The notes below the pieces were generated by a model, which did not search any database, was not told where the DNA came from, and worked only from the letters and a program-made list of their open reading frames with translations. 64,000 bases of DNA from an uncultured Methanosarcinales archaeon (lineage in GTDB: Archaea; Nanobdellota; Nanobdellia; Woesearchaeales; JACPBV01): NCBI GenBank assembly GCA_964492935.1, contig CAZBLF010000002.1, positions 1 through 64,000 of the forward strand. The letters are read 5' to 3'. The position numbers and the translations under genes were made by a program. Shown here piece by piece: positions 10,503 through 20,936 of the stretch (position 1 is its first letter; each line of letters opens with the position of its first letter).

Positions 10503-11439
10503 CTTCTACCGGCGTTGGATCAATCCGTTCACGCAACGCTAAATGATAAGAAACATAATCTGCTAGATGTACTGCATACATCATCCGCGCAAGTAAAGAA
10601 CTTCCCAAGATATCAAATTCAATAACCTCAGTCTTCTTCTCCATAACCTCTTTACAAATACTCATCCTTTTCTTAACCGCACGATGATCATGGCTATCCT
10701 TCAAAATGATCGAACTAAATTTACCTTTCTCCATATGCATAAACGAGTTAATCTCATTATGGTTCATCTCAGAAAAGGTAGAATGAAATGCAGCATATTT
10801 AGCATTCTCATTCAACTGAGTCTGCCATCGAAATGCAATAGGAGCAAACGCAGCAGAACTATACACAACCGGAATCGTCCCATATAACCGTTTAGCAATC
10901 TCCTCGCCCTTCTCCTCTAAAGCTTTCGCATCACTCAACAAATTCAACATCTCATTAATGTCATCATTAAAGACCTCAATAATCGAGCTATTATACAATA
11001 ATCCCAACATCGAAAAGAACAAATAACCGAGAGCAGCCCTTGGTTGTAAACCATCCGGAACACGAATCACTTTCTGACATTTCCCAGCAAGCTTCCCGCC
11101 AGAGGTAATAGCAACTAACGCCGCACCCTTCTCCTTAGCATCAGCAAACGCCGATAACGTTTCTTCAGTATTACCCGAATACGAAATCGCAATAACTAAC
11201 GTATATTTGTCCACAAATGCAGGAACGCTATAATCTCGAACCGTAAAAACAGGAATCTTACTAGTAGCCATGTACATCTTCAACAAATCGCCACTAATAC
11301 CGCTACCGCCCATCCCAATAACAACAATAGACGTAATTTCATCACTAACAATAATCCCCTTAGCCATTCCCAAAGCCCGTTTACACTGGTCCGGAAAGCT
11401 CTTGATCACCGAAAGCATATCAGATGCGTCAACTACCAT
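10468..11439 (-). CDS. Bifunctional phosphoglucose/phosphomannose isomerase
   Basis: GMGGSG, SYSGNTEET, QPRAA, QLNENAK, EMNHNE. Confidence 0.93.
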   Translation of the reverse strand: MVVDASDMLSVIKSFPDQCKRALGMAKGIIVSDEITSIVVIGMGGSGISGDLLKMYMATSKIPVFTVRDYSVPAFVDKYTLVIAISYSGNTEETLSAFADAKEKGAALVAITSGGKLAGKCQKVIRVPDGLQPRAALGYLFFSMLGLLYNSSIIEVFNDDINEMLNLLSDAKALEEKGEEIAKRLYGTIPVVYSSAAFAPIAFRWQTQLNENAKYAAFHSTFSEMNHNEINSFMHMEKGKFSSIILKDSHDHRAVKKRMSICKEVMEKKTEVIEFDILGSSLLARMMYAVHLADYVSYHLALRERIDPTPVEVIEWLKRQLAD

Positions 11440-11533
11440 TCAAGAAATGAATCTAACTCTGTATAAATAGTTTATTATTCTGGAGTAGTTCTATCGAGTA
11501 AAACTTTTAAACAATATTCCAATCCCGAGAAGG

Positions 11534-12400
11534 ATGTATGCAGTATATGGAGACATCCATGGAGACATGGAAAGCCTGGAAAGAGTTCTGGGGTACCTCG
11601 AAAGCAGACGCGACATCACCCATCACTTCTTTACTGGAGACGTGTTTGGACTGCCACCAAATCATGAATTAAATTTGTATAAGGGATCCCATCCCCTACT
11701 ATCTGGGAGCAATAAAAAAATGCTCCACACACAAACACTCCGGGAGCAAGGAGATCAACTTAAGGATTTCGAGGAACGGTTATCATCTCACCCTCAGATC
11801 AAGGAGCGTTTTTCTTTTGTCGGCGGAAATTTCGACCCTCATCATGTCCCCGATCTCAGTGAGGTAGACATTCACCATCAAGCCAGATCCATAGATGGAA
11901 AGAGAGCATATGGTCATGGCGGATCGTATTACGAGCCAACAAGCGTTTCATGGCTATTGCACCCCTTCTCCTGGGCCTATTTTCTCAAGCAAGATCGAAA
12001 AGATGAAATGACTAGGCTTCTACAAGCAGAACAGTTAGACATCATCCTCTCCCACTCACCCATTAAAGAGTATGTTGCTCATTTCCTAGAGAAACAAGAC
12101 CAAGCAACCTTACTCTACCTAGGGGGCCACACCCACGTGCAGCAGTTCAAAGCGATTGAACACGATACACCAGAAAAAACAGTCTACCTTCTTCGGCCAG
12201 GAGCTGCAGGAATTACGCTGCATGGAGGCACAGGAGAACCTCTGCCCAAAACGCTCATGGTATACGATCCAACCAACCCAGAAGAGTGCCAACTACTTAC
12301 ATTAGAAGAAGAAACCATAAGAGAAGAAACACTGACGCCAGAAAGAGTTCCCCTTAAGCAGTATCTTGATCAACAAGCAAAGTGGGACCTCAAACCCTAA
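11534..12400 (+). CDS. Calcineurin-like metallophosphoesterase
   Basis: GDIHG, TGD, GGNFD, SH, GHTH motifs. Confidence 0.8.
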   Translation: MYAVYGDIHGDMESLERVLGYLESRRDITHHFFTGDVFGLPPNHELNLYKGSHPLLSGSNKKMLHTQTLREQGDQLKDFEERLSSHPQIKERFSFVGGNFDPHHVPDLSEVDIHHQARSIDGKRAYGHGGSYYEPTSVSWLLHPFSWAYFLKQDRKDEMTRLLQAEQLDIILSHSPIKEYVAHFLEKQDQATLLYLGGHTHVQQFKAIEHDTPEKTVYLLRPGAAGITLHGGTGEPLPKTLMVYDPTNPEECQLLTLEEETIREETLTPERVPLKQYLDQQAKWDLKP

Positions 12401-12419
12401 CCATACGAAAATGAACACC

Positions 12420-12506
12420 TTTTTAAACAACTCATCAATTCTTAGCAGTAAGGGATGTGGGTAGTTGCTTACCTGAACCGAAGTGAAAATACGGAGGCTA
12501 TGAAAA
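12420..12506 (+). promoter_or_regulatory. TATA box and structured 5' leader of rpl15e
   Basis: TTTTTAAA at 12420; GGTA/TACC hairpin; GGAGG SD. Confidence 0.4.
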
Positions 12507-13016
12507 ATGAGTATGTACAAATATGTGAGAGAACTTTGGAAACAACCAAAGAAAAATCTCCAAGACATCTGGAAACAAAGAGTTATTGATTGGAAAAAGG
12601 AACCCTCCTCAGTGAGAATCCCAAGACCAACAAGAATCGATAGAGCACGTTCTTTAGGATATAAAGCTAAACAAGGCTACATCATTGTAAGACAACGCCT
12701 TATTCGCGGAAGACGTATGCGTCCAAAGTTCGGTGCAGCAAGACGATCAAAAGCAATGAGACGAAAGAAAGTCGTCAACATGAGCTACCAGTGGATTGCT
12801 GAACAGCGAGCTGCAAAGAATCACAAAAACTGCGAAGTCTTAAACTCATATTACGTAGCAGAGACCGGCCAGTACATGTGGTATGAAATTATTCTTGTAG
12901 ACAAGACTCACCCCGTTATCAAAAACGATAAGAACATCAATTGGATCGTTACCGAACGAGGAAGAGCTGCACGCGGATTAACAAGCGCTGCTCGAAAGTC
13001 TCAAAACAAGAATTAA
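12507..13016 (+). CDS. rpl15e: 50S ribosomal protein L15e
   Basis: RPTRIDRARSLGYKAKQG, EVLNSYYV, RGLTSA. Confidence 0.97.
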   Translation: MSMYKYVRELWKQPKKNLQDIWKQRVIDWKKEPSSVRIPRPTRIDRARSLGYKAKQGYIIVRQRLIRGRRMRPKFGAARRSKAMRRKKVVNMSYQWIAEQRAAKNHKNCEVLNSYYVAETGQYMWYEIILVDKTHPVIKNDKNINWIVTERGRAARGLTSAARKSQNKN

Positions 13017-13017
13017 T

Positions 13018-13881
13018 TTATTTTTTTCTTTTCCAATTTTTTATTTTATCTGCAACAAAGCCTGAGCTAGGTCCATTTTTCGCAGACCCTGCATGCATCT
13101 CCAACAGAGTAGCATCCGGCAACGGATCGAGAAAATGTCTTCTATAGATAAAAAATGCAGCTGCAGCTAAAATCAGACCATACGAAACAATCTGCGGAAC
13201 GACAATCGAACTCACCTGTTCCACCCCAATCTCCGCAACAACCATCCCTACCGGACTAGAAAACGCAAATTGCTCACCGCGAAACATCGCCATCGGCAAA
13301 CCAACAACCAATAATAAAAAGGCAGCAACCGCACCTAAACTTCGAACATCCTTCTGCAGACCGGGCTGAAACACCGTATCCATACTTAACAGCGAACTTT
13401 TAACGAGAGAACAATCAATATCTTCCTCTAAACACACAAACACCCCTTTGTTATGTTTCGCATTCATCGAATTAACAATTTTCCTCAAGAACCGCTCACT
13501 CTCATTACCCATATTATAGATATCGAGCGTCGACAACGAATCAAACACAAACGCATCAAAAGAATTACCTTTTAACGCACTAATAATCGCAATACTTAAT
13601 TCTGTTAAGGCAGAAGGACTAGAAACATACAACACATTATCCTTTTCCACATTATGTCCCAATGATTTCGAGACCGCATCGATAAAAAAAGTATTTGACG
13701 TAGAGATCTTTTTCTTATCTAACCCCTCACACACATTCTCAGCAGGCTTATTCAGAGAAACATAGCAAATCTTCTGCCCTTTCAAGCTTTTCATCAAAGA
13801 ACACAAAGAATCCTGGTACTTGAACTTCGAAACGACCTGGAGGATAGCATCATTACTATCCAACACACTTTTTAAGTTCAT
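13018..13881 (-). CDS. Degenerate RecA/KaiC-like domain protein with C-terminal TM segments
   Basis: YVSLNKP, FFIDAVS, SSPSALTELS, FVFDSLSTL; no Walker A. Confidence 0.6.
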   Translation of the reverse strand: MNLKSVLDSNDAILQVVSKFKYQDSLCSLMKSLKGQKICYVSLNKPAENVCEGLDKKKISTSNTFFIDAVSKSLGHNVEKDNVLYVSSPSALTELSIAIISALKGNSFDAFVFDSLSTLDIYNMGNESERFLRKIVNSMNAKHNKGVFVCLEEDIDCSLVKSSLLSMDTVFQPGLQKDVRSLGAVAAFLLLVVGLPMAMFRGEQFAFSSPVGMVVAEIGVEQVSSIVVPQIVSYGLILAAAAFFIYRRHFLDPLPDATLLEMHAGSAKNGPSSGFVADKIKNWKRKK

Positions 13882-13929
13882 TACGAATATTTGTTTCTAG
13901 ACTATATAAAGATTTCTCTATCGCAGAAT

Positions 13930-15423
13930 TTATTCCTTTTCTACACCATGCTTCTCAATATGTTTCTCAATCTGATGAGAAGAGATATCCTTACTCGCAC
14001 GCCCACCAGAAGGGCTTTTCAAAAAACGACGAAGTAAGAAAATGACACCAATACCTACAATAACATACACATACGGCATGATCGAAAAGCCATTGGGAGC
14101 AAAGAACGCACTTGTTCCATCCCCAATCTTCTGCAATACGCCACGTCTACCATAATCAATGTCAACCGCGCTAGCAACGAGTTCTTGTTGCGAATCACCA
14201 CGTGCAATCGACATGCCCGTAATACTATTTCCAGCCTGTCGCTCCTGCAACAATTCCTCAGCCTCTTCCTTACTAATAGGTTCATCCGTAATCACGGCTT
14301 CATAACTCCCACTCGGAGCATTCTCAGACAAATCAATAATTTTCTGTTCATTTACATCTAATCGCAATTTCTCCTTAATCACGAACACATCATCTTCCGA
14401 AACTAACGTAATCGAAGCATCATTAGCATAGGGCACATTTCCCGTGTTAACCAACGTAAGAATCTTACCTTCAAACGTACTTTCTAATGCAGAGACCTCT
14501 TCAACAACAAACGCATCTCTATCCGTTAAACCACCAAACGAACTTTCCAGAACGTATTCACCTGGTGCAATACTATTGTCAAACGTAAAATCAAAGGTAC
14601 CATCACTCGCCAACACCGTAGAAAACACAATCACATCACTCCGTAACGAACGCTCCTCGACCAGTCGCAAGGTAACATCCTGCTGCAACACAATGCCAGC
14701 CTGATCTAATAATAACACCAATACTCCTAATGTATCGCCCGGAGCAACCGATAACGAAGTAGCAGTATGCGTTACCTCACTCGGGATTGCTTCAACCACC
14801 AAGTTTAAGCGCGTCTCCTGAATATTCCCAAATTCATCACTCACCGTAACCACAACATCATGTCGTCCCGATTGCGCACTCTCCCCAATCGTAATTTTCT
14901 CACTAAAACTGCCAGAGCTTAACTCAATATTCTGGGGAGTACCCTGGAACGTAATCGTCAATGCCACATCCCGCACAACCTCACTACCGCGCGTCACCTT
15001 ACCGGATAATGTGACAACATCACCCGGACTCAATACCTCCTTATCCAATGAAGCTTCTAAATCCAGAACACTTCCAACCGAGAACGAATTACTGTATTTG
15101 TCTTCAATCTCCTCGCCCGTTAACCGAGAAAGTCGAGCAATCATCTGACATTCACCCGTCAAATACGCATCTAACGCCGGAACCCGAATCGTCAACGATT
15201 TAGCTGCCGATAAACTCACCGGTTTCGTATAATACTGCAAAGAATTTGAACTACACTCTAAAATCGCGCTAAAGATTGCATTTTCCGTAACTTCTGGAGT
15301 TAAAATAACTTTTAATCCTAAACTATCACCAAGAAAGGCATCCTCATACACCGTTTCGATGCTAATCTCGCCCATAACAACAGGCGCCATCAACAACAAC
15401 ATCAATAATAGACTTTTTTTCAT
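13930..15423 (-). CDS. Secreted, membrane-anchored beta-rich surface protein
   Basis: Signal peptide, Ig-like composition, C-terminal TM helix. Confidence 0.7.
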   Translation of the reverse strand: MKKSLLLMLLLMAPVVMGEISIETVYEDAFLGDSLGLKVILTPEVTENAIFSAILECSSNSLQYYTKPVSLSAAKSLTIRVPALDAYLTGECQMIARLSRLTGEEIEDKYSNSFSVGSVLDLEASLDKEVLSPGDVVTLSGKVTRGSEVVRDVALTITFQGTPQNIELSSGSFSEKITIGESAQSGRHDVVVTVSDEFGNIQETRLNLVVEAIPSEVTHTATSLSVAPGDTLGVLVLLLDQAGIVLQQDVTLRLVEERSLRSDVIVFSTVLASDGTFDFTFDNSIAPGEYVLESSFGGLTDRDAFVVEEVSALESTFEGKILTLVNTGNVPYANDASITLVSEDDVFVIKEKLRLDVNEQKIIDLSENAPSGSYEAVITDEPISKEEAEELLQERQAGNSITGMSIARGDSQQELVASAVDIDYGRRGVLQKIGDGTSAFFAPNGFSIMPYVYVIVGIGVIFLLRRFLKSPSGGRASKDISSHQIEKHIEKHGVEKE

Positions 15424-15827
15424 AACCCTAACCGTTGGTCAATCTCTTCTGCGATTTCAGCAAGATCATCAAACGTTCTCGCTAAATCCTTCTGAACTTC
15501 CCTGACCAAGGCGCTTAAAGTACTTACCCTTAATAAATATTTCTTTCCTTCATGTACCACTATTCCACTATCTATTAACCGATTGATGTGGTGAATCACC
15601 GTACCACGCGTTAAATCAAGCTTCAATGCAATCTCATCCGAGCTCAATGGATGCTTCAATTTAGCAGATTTAAGCAATTCTATAAAAACACGAAAGCAAC
15701 TCTTATCTTTATCCCGCATCGAGAACAATCCAAGTGCATCTCCTAACCATAAGAGCTCTTCGTTGACGTTTTGCTCGACCGGCTTACTCTTCCGGATGAT
15801 GGTAATGCGCTGGTGAATGATGACCAT
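15420..15827 (-). CDS. Winged-HTH (ArsR/TrmB-like) transcriptional regulator
   Basis: LSSDEIALKLDLTRGTVIHHINRLIDSGIV; AGGTGA SD before ATG 15827. Confidence 0.8.
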   Translation of the reverse strand: MVIIHQRITIIRKSKPVEQNVNEELLWLGDALGLFSMRDKDKSCFRVFIELLKSAKLKHPLSSDEIALKLDLTRGTVIHHINRLIDSGIVVHEGKKYLLRVSTLSALVREVQKDLARTFDDLAEIAEEIDQRLGL

Positions 15828-15923
15828 ATCACCTATGATCTTAACACAATATATAAATCTTTTGCAGATATAGAGACTACAGAACACATATCTTTATAAA
15901 TAGGTAGAGGTTATCACACTTCT

Positions 15924-15940
15924 GTTGACTTTAAGTCAAC
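15924..15940. promoter_or_regulatory. Palindromic operator candidate of the grpE-dnaK-dnaJ operon
   Basis: GTTGACTT-T-AAGTCAAC perfect inverted repeat about 24 nt after TATA TTTATAAA (15893-15900). Confidence 0.6.
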
Positions 15941-15957
15941 CAAGAGGACTAACAAAA

Positions 15958-16449
15958 ATGGCTAAAAAAGAAACAAAAGAAAAGAAACCAAAGAAACCTC
16001 AAGTCTGTGAGATGAAAGATCCAAAAGATCTCAAAATCACAGAATTAACTTCCGATCTACAACATTTACAAGCAGAATTCGAAAATCACAAGAAATACAC
16101 CGCCAAACAACAGGCAGAATTCGCAAAATACGCGAAATCCGAGATGATTGAGAAATTACTTCCAATTTTAGATTCATTCGACCTCGCCATTCAACATAAA
16201 GAGCATTCAGAAAACTTCATCAAAGGCATGGAATTGGTGATGTCGCAATTCGTAACTACATTAGAACAAGAAGGCCTAGAAAAAATGGAATCTGTAGGCA
16301 AAGAAGTCGACCCTCATCTTCATGATGTACTCATGACAGAAGAATCCGACAAACCCGATCACACCATCACTCGCGTCTTACAAACAGGCTACATGCTCAA
16401 TGAACGTGTCTTGAGACATGCAAAAGTAAAGGTTGCAGGGGGAAAGTAA
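15958..16449 (+). CDS. grpE: Nucleotide exchange factor GrpE
   Basis: LQAEFEN, LLPILDSF, DPHLH, LQTGY...RVLRHAKVKV; upstream of dnaK. Confidence 0.93.
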   Translation: MAKKETKEKKPKKPQVCEMKDPKDLKITELTSDLQHLQAEFENHKKYTAKQQAEFAKYAKSEMIEKLLPILDSFDLAIQHKEHSENFIKGMELVMSQFVTTLEQEGLEKMESVGKEVDPHLHDVLMTEESDKPDHTITRVLQTGYMLNERVLRHAKVKVAGGK

Positions 16450-16450
16450 C

Positions 16451-16810
16451 ATGGCAGAAGAAAAAATCAACATGAACATCAACGATGGAGAGGCATTCTA
16501 TGCCCACGAGTTAAGCATCAATTTCAATCCCCTTCAATTTGTCTTAGATTTCAAGAGCGTAACGCCTCGTGTAGATCCCAGAAGCAACAACCAAGCCTCC
16601 ATCTACATGAAGCATAACGTCATTTTAGTAGATCCCTATCACGCAAGACGTGTCCATGAATTACTGGGCACCGTCCTAAAAAAGTACGAAAAAGAGTTCG
16701 GAAAGATCGAAAAACCTTCAGCACTCAAAGTGCTAGAGAAAAAGAGCAAGAAAGAAGCCGCAAAGATCAACGAAACGGAAAAGATCGAAACCCCGAGCTA
16801 TATTAGTTAA
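16451..16810 (+). CDS. Conserved hypothetical protein (DUF3467-like)
   Basis: FYAHELSINFNPLQFVLDF...PYHARR; inside the chaperone operon. Confidence 0.65.
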   Translation: MAEEKINMNINDGEAFYAHELSINFNPLQFVLDFKSVTPRVDPRSNNQASIYMKHNVILVDPYHARRVHELLGTVLKKYEKEFGKIEKPSALKVLEKKSKKEAAKINETEKIETPSYIS

Positions 16811-16820
16811 GGAACCCCTC

Positions 16821-16865
16821 CACCAGCACCGACGCCCATCGAGGCGATTTGCTGAGGTGCTGGTG
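16821..16865 (+). promoter_or_regulatory. GC-rich stem-loop in the dnaK leader
   Basis: CACCAGCACC/GGTGCTGGTG 10-bp stem enclosing a CGCC/GGCG inner stem. Confidence 0.55.
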
Positions 16866-16909
16866 AGAGAAAATAAAAATAAACGAAAAAAAACGAAAGG
16901 TGATGAACA

Positions 16910-18847
16910 ATGACTGAAACAAAAACAGAAACAAAAACAGAAGATAAGAAAGAAGAAGTAAAGATGAAGAAAGAAAAGATCATCGGTATAGATCTTGGAA
17001 CATCCAACTCAGCAGCTGCAGTTCTGCAAGCTGGTAAACCTACCATCGTACCTTCAGCAGAAGGTGCAACCCAGTATGGCAAAGCATTTCCTAGTGTCGT
17101 AGCCTTTGGAAAAGATGGACTCTTAGTGGGTGAACCAGCTCGCCGACAGGCAGTTTCCAATGCAAAGAACACCATCATGGCTGCAAAGCGAAAGATGGGA
17201 ACCGATTTTAAGTACAAAATCGAGGGTAAAGAATATACGCCCCAACAAATCTCTGCATTCATTCTACAGAAAATCAAGAAAGACGCAGAAGAATTCACAG
17301 GAGAGAAAATCAACAAAGCAGTTATTACCTGTCCAGCCTACTTTGACGATAATCAAAGGCAAGCAACTAAAGATGCAGGTACGATTGCAGGTCTAGAAGT
17401 CGTTAGAATTGTAAACGAACCTACCGCTGCATGTCTAGCATTTGGTCTAGACAAAGTTGACCAAGAAATGAAGATTCTTGTGTTCGATTTAGGTGGCGGA
17501 ACCCTAGACGTAACCGTTATGGACTTCTCAGAAGGAGTTTTCGAAGTAAAAGCAACCTCTGGTGACACCCAACTAGGCGGAACCGATATGGATAATGCAA
17601 TCATGAACTACTTCGTTGAAGAGTTCAGAAAGAAAAATGACCTTGACTTAAGTGAAGACGATACCGCAATGCAAAGATTGCGTGAAGCTGCAGAAAAAGC
17701 AAAGATCGAGCTTTCTACAACTACAGAAACCGGAATCAACATCCCTTTCCTAACCGAAAAGGATGGCGCCCCAGTCCACTTCGAAATGACCATCAACCGA
17801 GCTAAATTAGACAGTCTAGTAAAGCCAATCATCGACAAGTGTGAAGCACCTCTTAAGCAAGCACTAGATGATTCAAAGCTAAAAGCTTCAGAAATCAACA
17901 AGATTATTCTTGTAGGTGGACCAACCAGAATGCCGATTGTACAGAAAGTCGTAGAAGACTTCATTGGCCAAAAAGCAGAACGAGGAGTCGATCCGATGGA
18001 ATGTGTTGCTCAAGGAGCTTCAGTCCAGGCAGGAGTACTTGCAGGAGAGGTAAAAGATATTCTTTTACTTGATGTAACGCCTCTAACCCTAGGGATTGAA
18101 ACACTAGGCGGTGTAAAGACGGAATTAATTCCCCGAAATACCACCGTTCCAAGTAAAAAATCTCAGATCTTTTCAACCGCATCCGACAATCAGCCCGCAG
18201 TAACTATTAATGTTTTGCAGGGTGAAAGACCAATGGCAGCCGATAACAAGTCGCTAGGAAGATTCGATCTAGTAGGCATTCCACCAGCAACTCGAGGAGT
18301 TCCACAAATCGAGGTAACCTTCGATATCGATGCATCGGGAATCTTACATGTAACCGCAGCCGATAAAGGAACCGGTAAAGAGCAAAAAATCGAAATTACT
18401 GCAGCTCAGAAACTTTCCGACGAAGAAGTCGAAAAGATGAAGAAAGATGCAGAAGCCCATGCAGATGATGACAAGAAGCGTAAAGAAGAGATTGACACCG
18501 TCAATCAGGCAGACGCTCTAGTCCACACCTCTGAGCAGATGTTCAAGGACCTTGACGGCAAAACCGATAAGAAAGAACTGGAAACCGTGAAAGGAGAAAT
18601 CATGGAATTAAAGGAACTTCTTAAACCGGAAACCAAAGATACCAAAGCCATCAAAACCAAGATGGATGCAATCAACGAAAAGATGCAGAAGATGTCCGAA
18701 GAAATGTACAAGAAAGCAGCCGAAGAGCAAGCAAAAGCTCAGGCTGCTCCTGGTGCAGGCGCTGAAGCAAACGGCAAATCCAAGCCCAAAAAGGCAAAAG
18801 ACGAGAAAGTCGTTGAAGCAGAAGTCGTTGACGAAAAGAAAAAGTAG
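16910..18847 (+). CDS. dnaK: Chaperone DnaK (Hsp70)
   Basis: [43 protein letters not shown]. Confidence 0.98.
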   Translation: MTETKTETKTEDKKEEVKMKKEKIIGIDLGTSNSAAAVLQAGKPTIVPSAEGATQYGKAFPSVVAFGKDGLLVGEPARRQAVSNAKNTIMAAKRKMGTDFKYKIEGKEYTPQQISAFILQKIKKDAEEFTGEKINKAVITCPAYFDDNQRQATKDAGTIAGLEVVRIVNEPTAACLAFGLDKVDQEMKILVFDLGGGTLDVTVMDFSEGVFEVKATSGDTQLGGTDMDNAIMNYFVEEFRKKNDLDLSEDDTAMQRLREAAEKAKIELSTTTETGINIPFLTEKDGAPVHFEMTINRAKLDSLVKPIIDKCEAPLKQALDDSKLKASEINKIILVGGPTRMPIVQKVVEDFIGQKAERGVDPMECVAQGASVQAGVLAGEVKDILLLDVTPLTLGIETLGGVKTELIPRNTTVPSKKSQIFSTASDNQPAVTINVLQGERPMAADNKSLGRFDLVGIPPATRGVPQIEVTFDIDASGILHVTAADKGTGKEQKIEITAAQKLSDEEVEKMKKDAEAHADDDKKRKEEIDTVNQADALVHTSEQMFKDLDGKTDKKELETVKGEIMELKELLKPETKDTKAIKTKMDAINEKMQKMSEEMYKKAAEEQAKAQAAPGAGAEANGKSKPKKAKDEKVVEAEVVDEKKK

Positions 18848-18874
18848 TTAAATGTTAGCTAGGCTCGCAATACC

Positions 18875-19969
18875 ATGACAAAGGACTACTACGACACCCT
18901 AGGTGTTGAGAAAAGTGCAACCAAAGAAGAGATCAAGAAGGCGTACAAGAAGCTTGCCAAGAAGTATCATCCCGACATCAATAAGGAAGATAATGCGCAA
19001 GACACCTTCAAAGAGATCAATGAAGCTGCAGCTGTCCTAGGAGACGACGAAAAACGTCAGCAATACGACCAGTTCGGCGATGCAGACGCCTTTAAACAAG
19101 CATCCGGCTACGGCGGCTTCAACAATTCTGATTTCTCAGATTTCGCTTCGTTCGATTTCGGCGACATCTTCGACCAATTCTTCGGTGGTGGCGGTCGTCG
19201 CAGAGGCAGACAACAAGCTAGAGGTTCCGATCTACGATTCGATATGGAGATTTCTCTAGAAGAAGCCGCATTTGGTGTGGAGAAAGAAGTAACCATTCCG
19301 AGAAATGTTTCTTGTTCCGATTGTTCCGGATCCGGAGCGAAAGATGAAGATAGTTTAGAAACCTGTCCCGACTGTAATGGTCAAGGTAGAGTTACACGTT
19401 CGCAACGAACACCCTTTGGTTTGTTTCAGACACAAGGCGCCTGTCCCAAGTGTAAAGGCGAAGGCAAGTGGATCAAAGAAGAGTGTGTCCATTGTGATGG
19501 TACAGGCTTAGTCCACGATTCTTCGAAAATCACAGTAAAAGTACCTCCCGGTGCAGAAGAAGGCACCAATCTGCGCGTTTCCGGAGCCGGTGAAGGCGCA
19601 AAAGGCGGCTCTTCTGGTGATCTGTATATTGTTCTACATCAAAAAGACCACGAAACCTTCGAACGCCAAGGCGACAATATTTATTTGAAGATGGCAATTA
19701 GCTTTTCATTAGCTGCTCTTGGTGGTGAGATCTCAGTACCGACTCTAGACGGCAAGGCCAAGTTAAAAATCCCTGCAGGAACACAAACAAATACCATCTT
19801 CCGAATGAACGACCACGGAATCCCTTTTTTACATGGTAGTGGAAAAGGCGATGAGCTGGTAGAAGTCGTAGTGGATGTGCCTGAGAAGCTTTCTAAAAAG
19901 CAGAAGAAGTTGATTACCGATCTGCAGAAGGAAGATAAGAAAGGGTTATTGGCAAGGGTTTTTGGGTAA
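18875..19969 (+). CDS. dnaJ: Chaperone DnaJ
   Basis: J-domain HPD, G/F region, four CxxCxGxG repeats. Confidence 0.98.
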   Translation: MTKDYYDTLGVEKSATKEEIKKAYKKLAKKYHPDINKEDNAQDTFKEINEAAAVLGDDEKRQQYDQFGDADAFKQASGYGGFNNSDFSDFASFDFGDIFDQFFGGGGRRRGRQQARGSDLRFDMEISLEEAAFGVEKEVTIPRNVSCSDCSGSGAKDEDSLETCPDCNGQGRVTRSQRTPFGLFQTQGACPKCKGEGKWIKEECVHCDGTGLVHDSSKITVKVPPGAEEGTNLRVSGAGEGAKGGSSGDLYIVLHQKDHETFERQGDNIYLKMAISFSLAALGGEISVPTLDGKAKLKIPAGTQTNTIFRMNDHGIPFLHGSGKGDELVEVVVDVPEKLSKKQKKLITDLQKEDKKGLLARVFG

Positions 19970-20016
19970 CTCCACAACAATAATCTTTATAATCGCATAC
20001 ACGTTCTAATCAACAA

Positions 20017-20355
20017 ATGGCAAGAGTGTACACTGCAACATGGAGGGATAACGTAGTTCAAGCCCTAGATCCAGTGACAAGAATTTATGACAAAAATCGA
20101 ATTGAGAACAATAAGTTTCCTGGACAGATTTATGTATTCAAAGACCATGGAGATATAATCAGTACTCGGGAACACCTAGTTCTAGCGTCCTACACGGACC
20201 TAATGCTAGGACATGACTGTATTGGTCTTTTCGGAGAGGTTCCAGAAAGCCAACTTGCGAAAACAGAAAATATTGCCGCATTCACCATAGGACCACAGTT
20301 AAGAGTAGATCAAATAATCGACCTAGCAGGAAACGACATCACAGACCAATTCTAG
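20017..20355 (+). CDS. Hypothetical protein
   Basis: 112-aa ORF with its own TATA (TTTATAA near 19987). Confidence 0.6.
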   Translation: MARVYTATWRDNVVQALDPVTRIYDKNRIENNKFPGQIYVFKDHGDIISTREHLVLASYTDLMLGHDCIGLFGEVPESQLAKTENIAAFTIGPQLRVDQIIDLAGNDITDQF

Positions 20356-20370
20356 AGGATTTAGCCTCCA

Positions 20371-20410
20371 GAAGACAAGAAAGGAATTCTAGCAAGAGTT
20401 TTTGGGTAAC
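20371..20410 (+). repeat. Second copy of the dnaJ 3' end
   Basis: 33/40 nt identical to 19931-19970; encodes EDKKGILARVFG*. Confidence 0.85.
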
Positions 20411-20527
20411 GGTTTCTTGAAGGTTACATTTAGAGAATATTAACCTCAGGGGGGGCAATGTAAGTCAGAAAATCTCTATTTGATTGATCAAAGTGAATTC
20501 AAAAAATTTTGTCTTGCTTATTTCTTT

Positions 20528-20860
20528 TCATTCCACTACAATCTGAGATTGCTCACCTACGCAATAATATTCATGGCTACCAACGTAATCAAATCTCAGT
20601 GAATACGTTGCACCAGGCGGCAGTCTTACTGCCTCATTTACCTCTTTCATGGATGTCAAATCAATATCGGCACTAAAAGCGCCACTATTAATCCACCTTA
20701 CCGTGGTCCCCTTAGAGATCACAAGATATGTATCTCCACATAAATCACTATTTACATCAACTTCGACTACACCAGGGGTAAGTTGTAGATTTAAAAAATA
20801 CAAAACAATAAACACTAAAATAATGGCCGGTAATAATTGCACTTGTCCTTTCTTGTTCAT
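20528..20860 (-). CDS. Cupredoxin-fold protein with class III (prepilin-like) signal peptide
   Basis: MNKKGQ plus hydrophobic helix; ISKGTTVRWIN...GATYSLRFDYVGSHEYYC. Confidence 0.65.
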   Translation of the reverse strand: MNKKGQVQLLPAIILVFIVLYFLNLQLTPGVVEVDVNSDLCGDTYLVISKGTTVRWINSGAFSADIDLTSMKEVNEAVRLPPGATYSLRFDYVGSHEYYCVGEQSQIVVE

Positions 20861-20936
20861 TTTTTATCACCAAATTTCCTAATATAGTTTAAGATTAAAG
20901 ACTTTCCACGTTTACTATCTCCAATTCTAGTGTGAT

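Noticed and set aside
11534..12400. Mre11 partner of Rad50
   Set aside because: Generic metallophosphoesterase, not adjacent or co-oriented, and without recognisable Mre11 features.
16807..17316. Minus-strand ORFs over dnaK, and similar ones over hppA and carB
   Set aside because: Antisense shadows of conserved genes.
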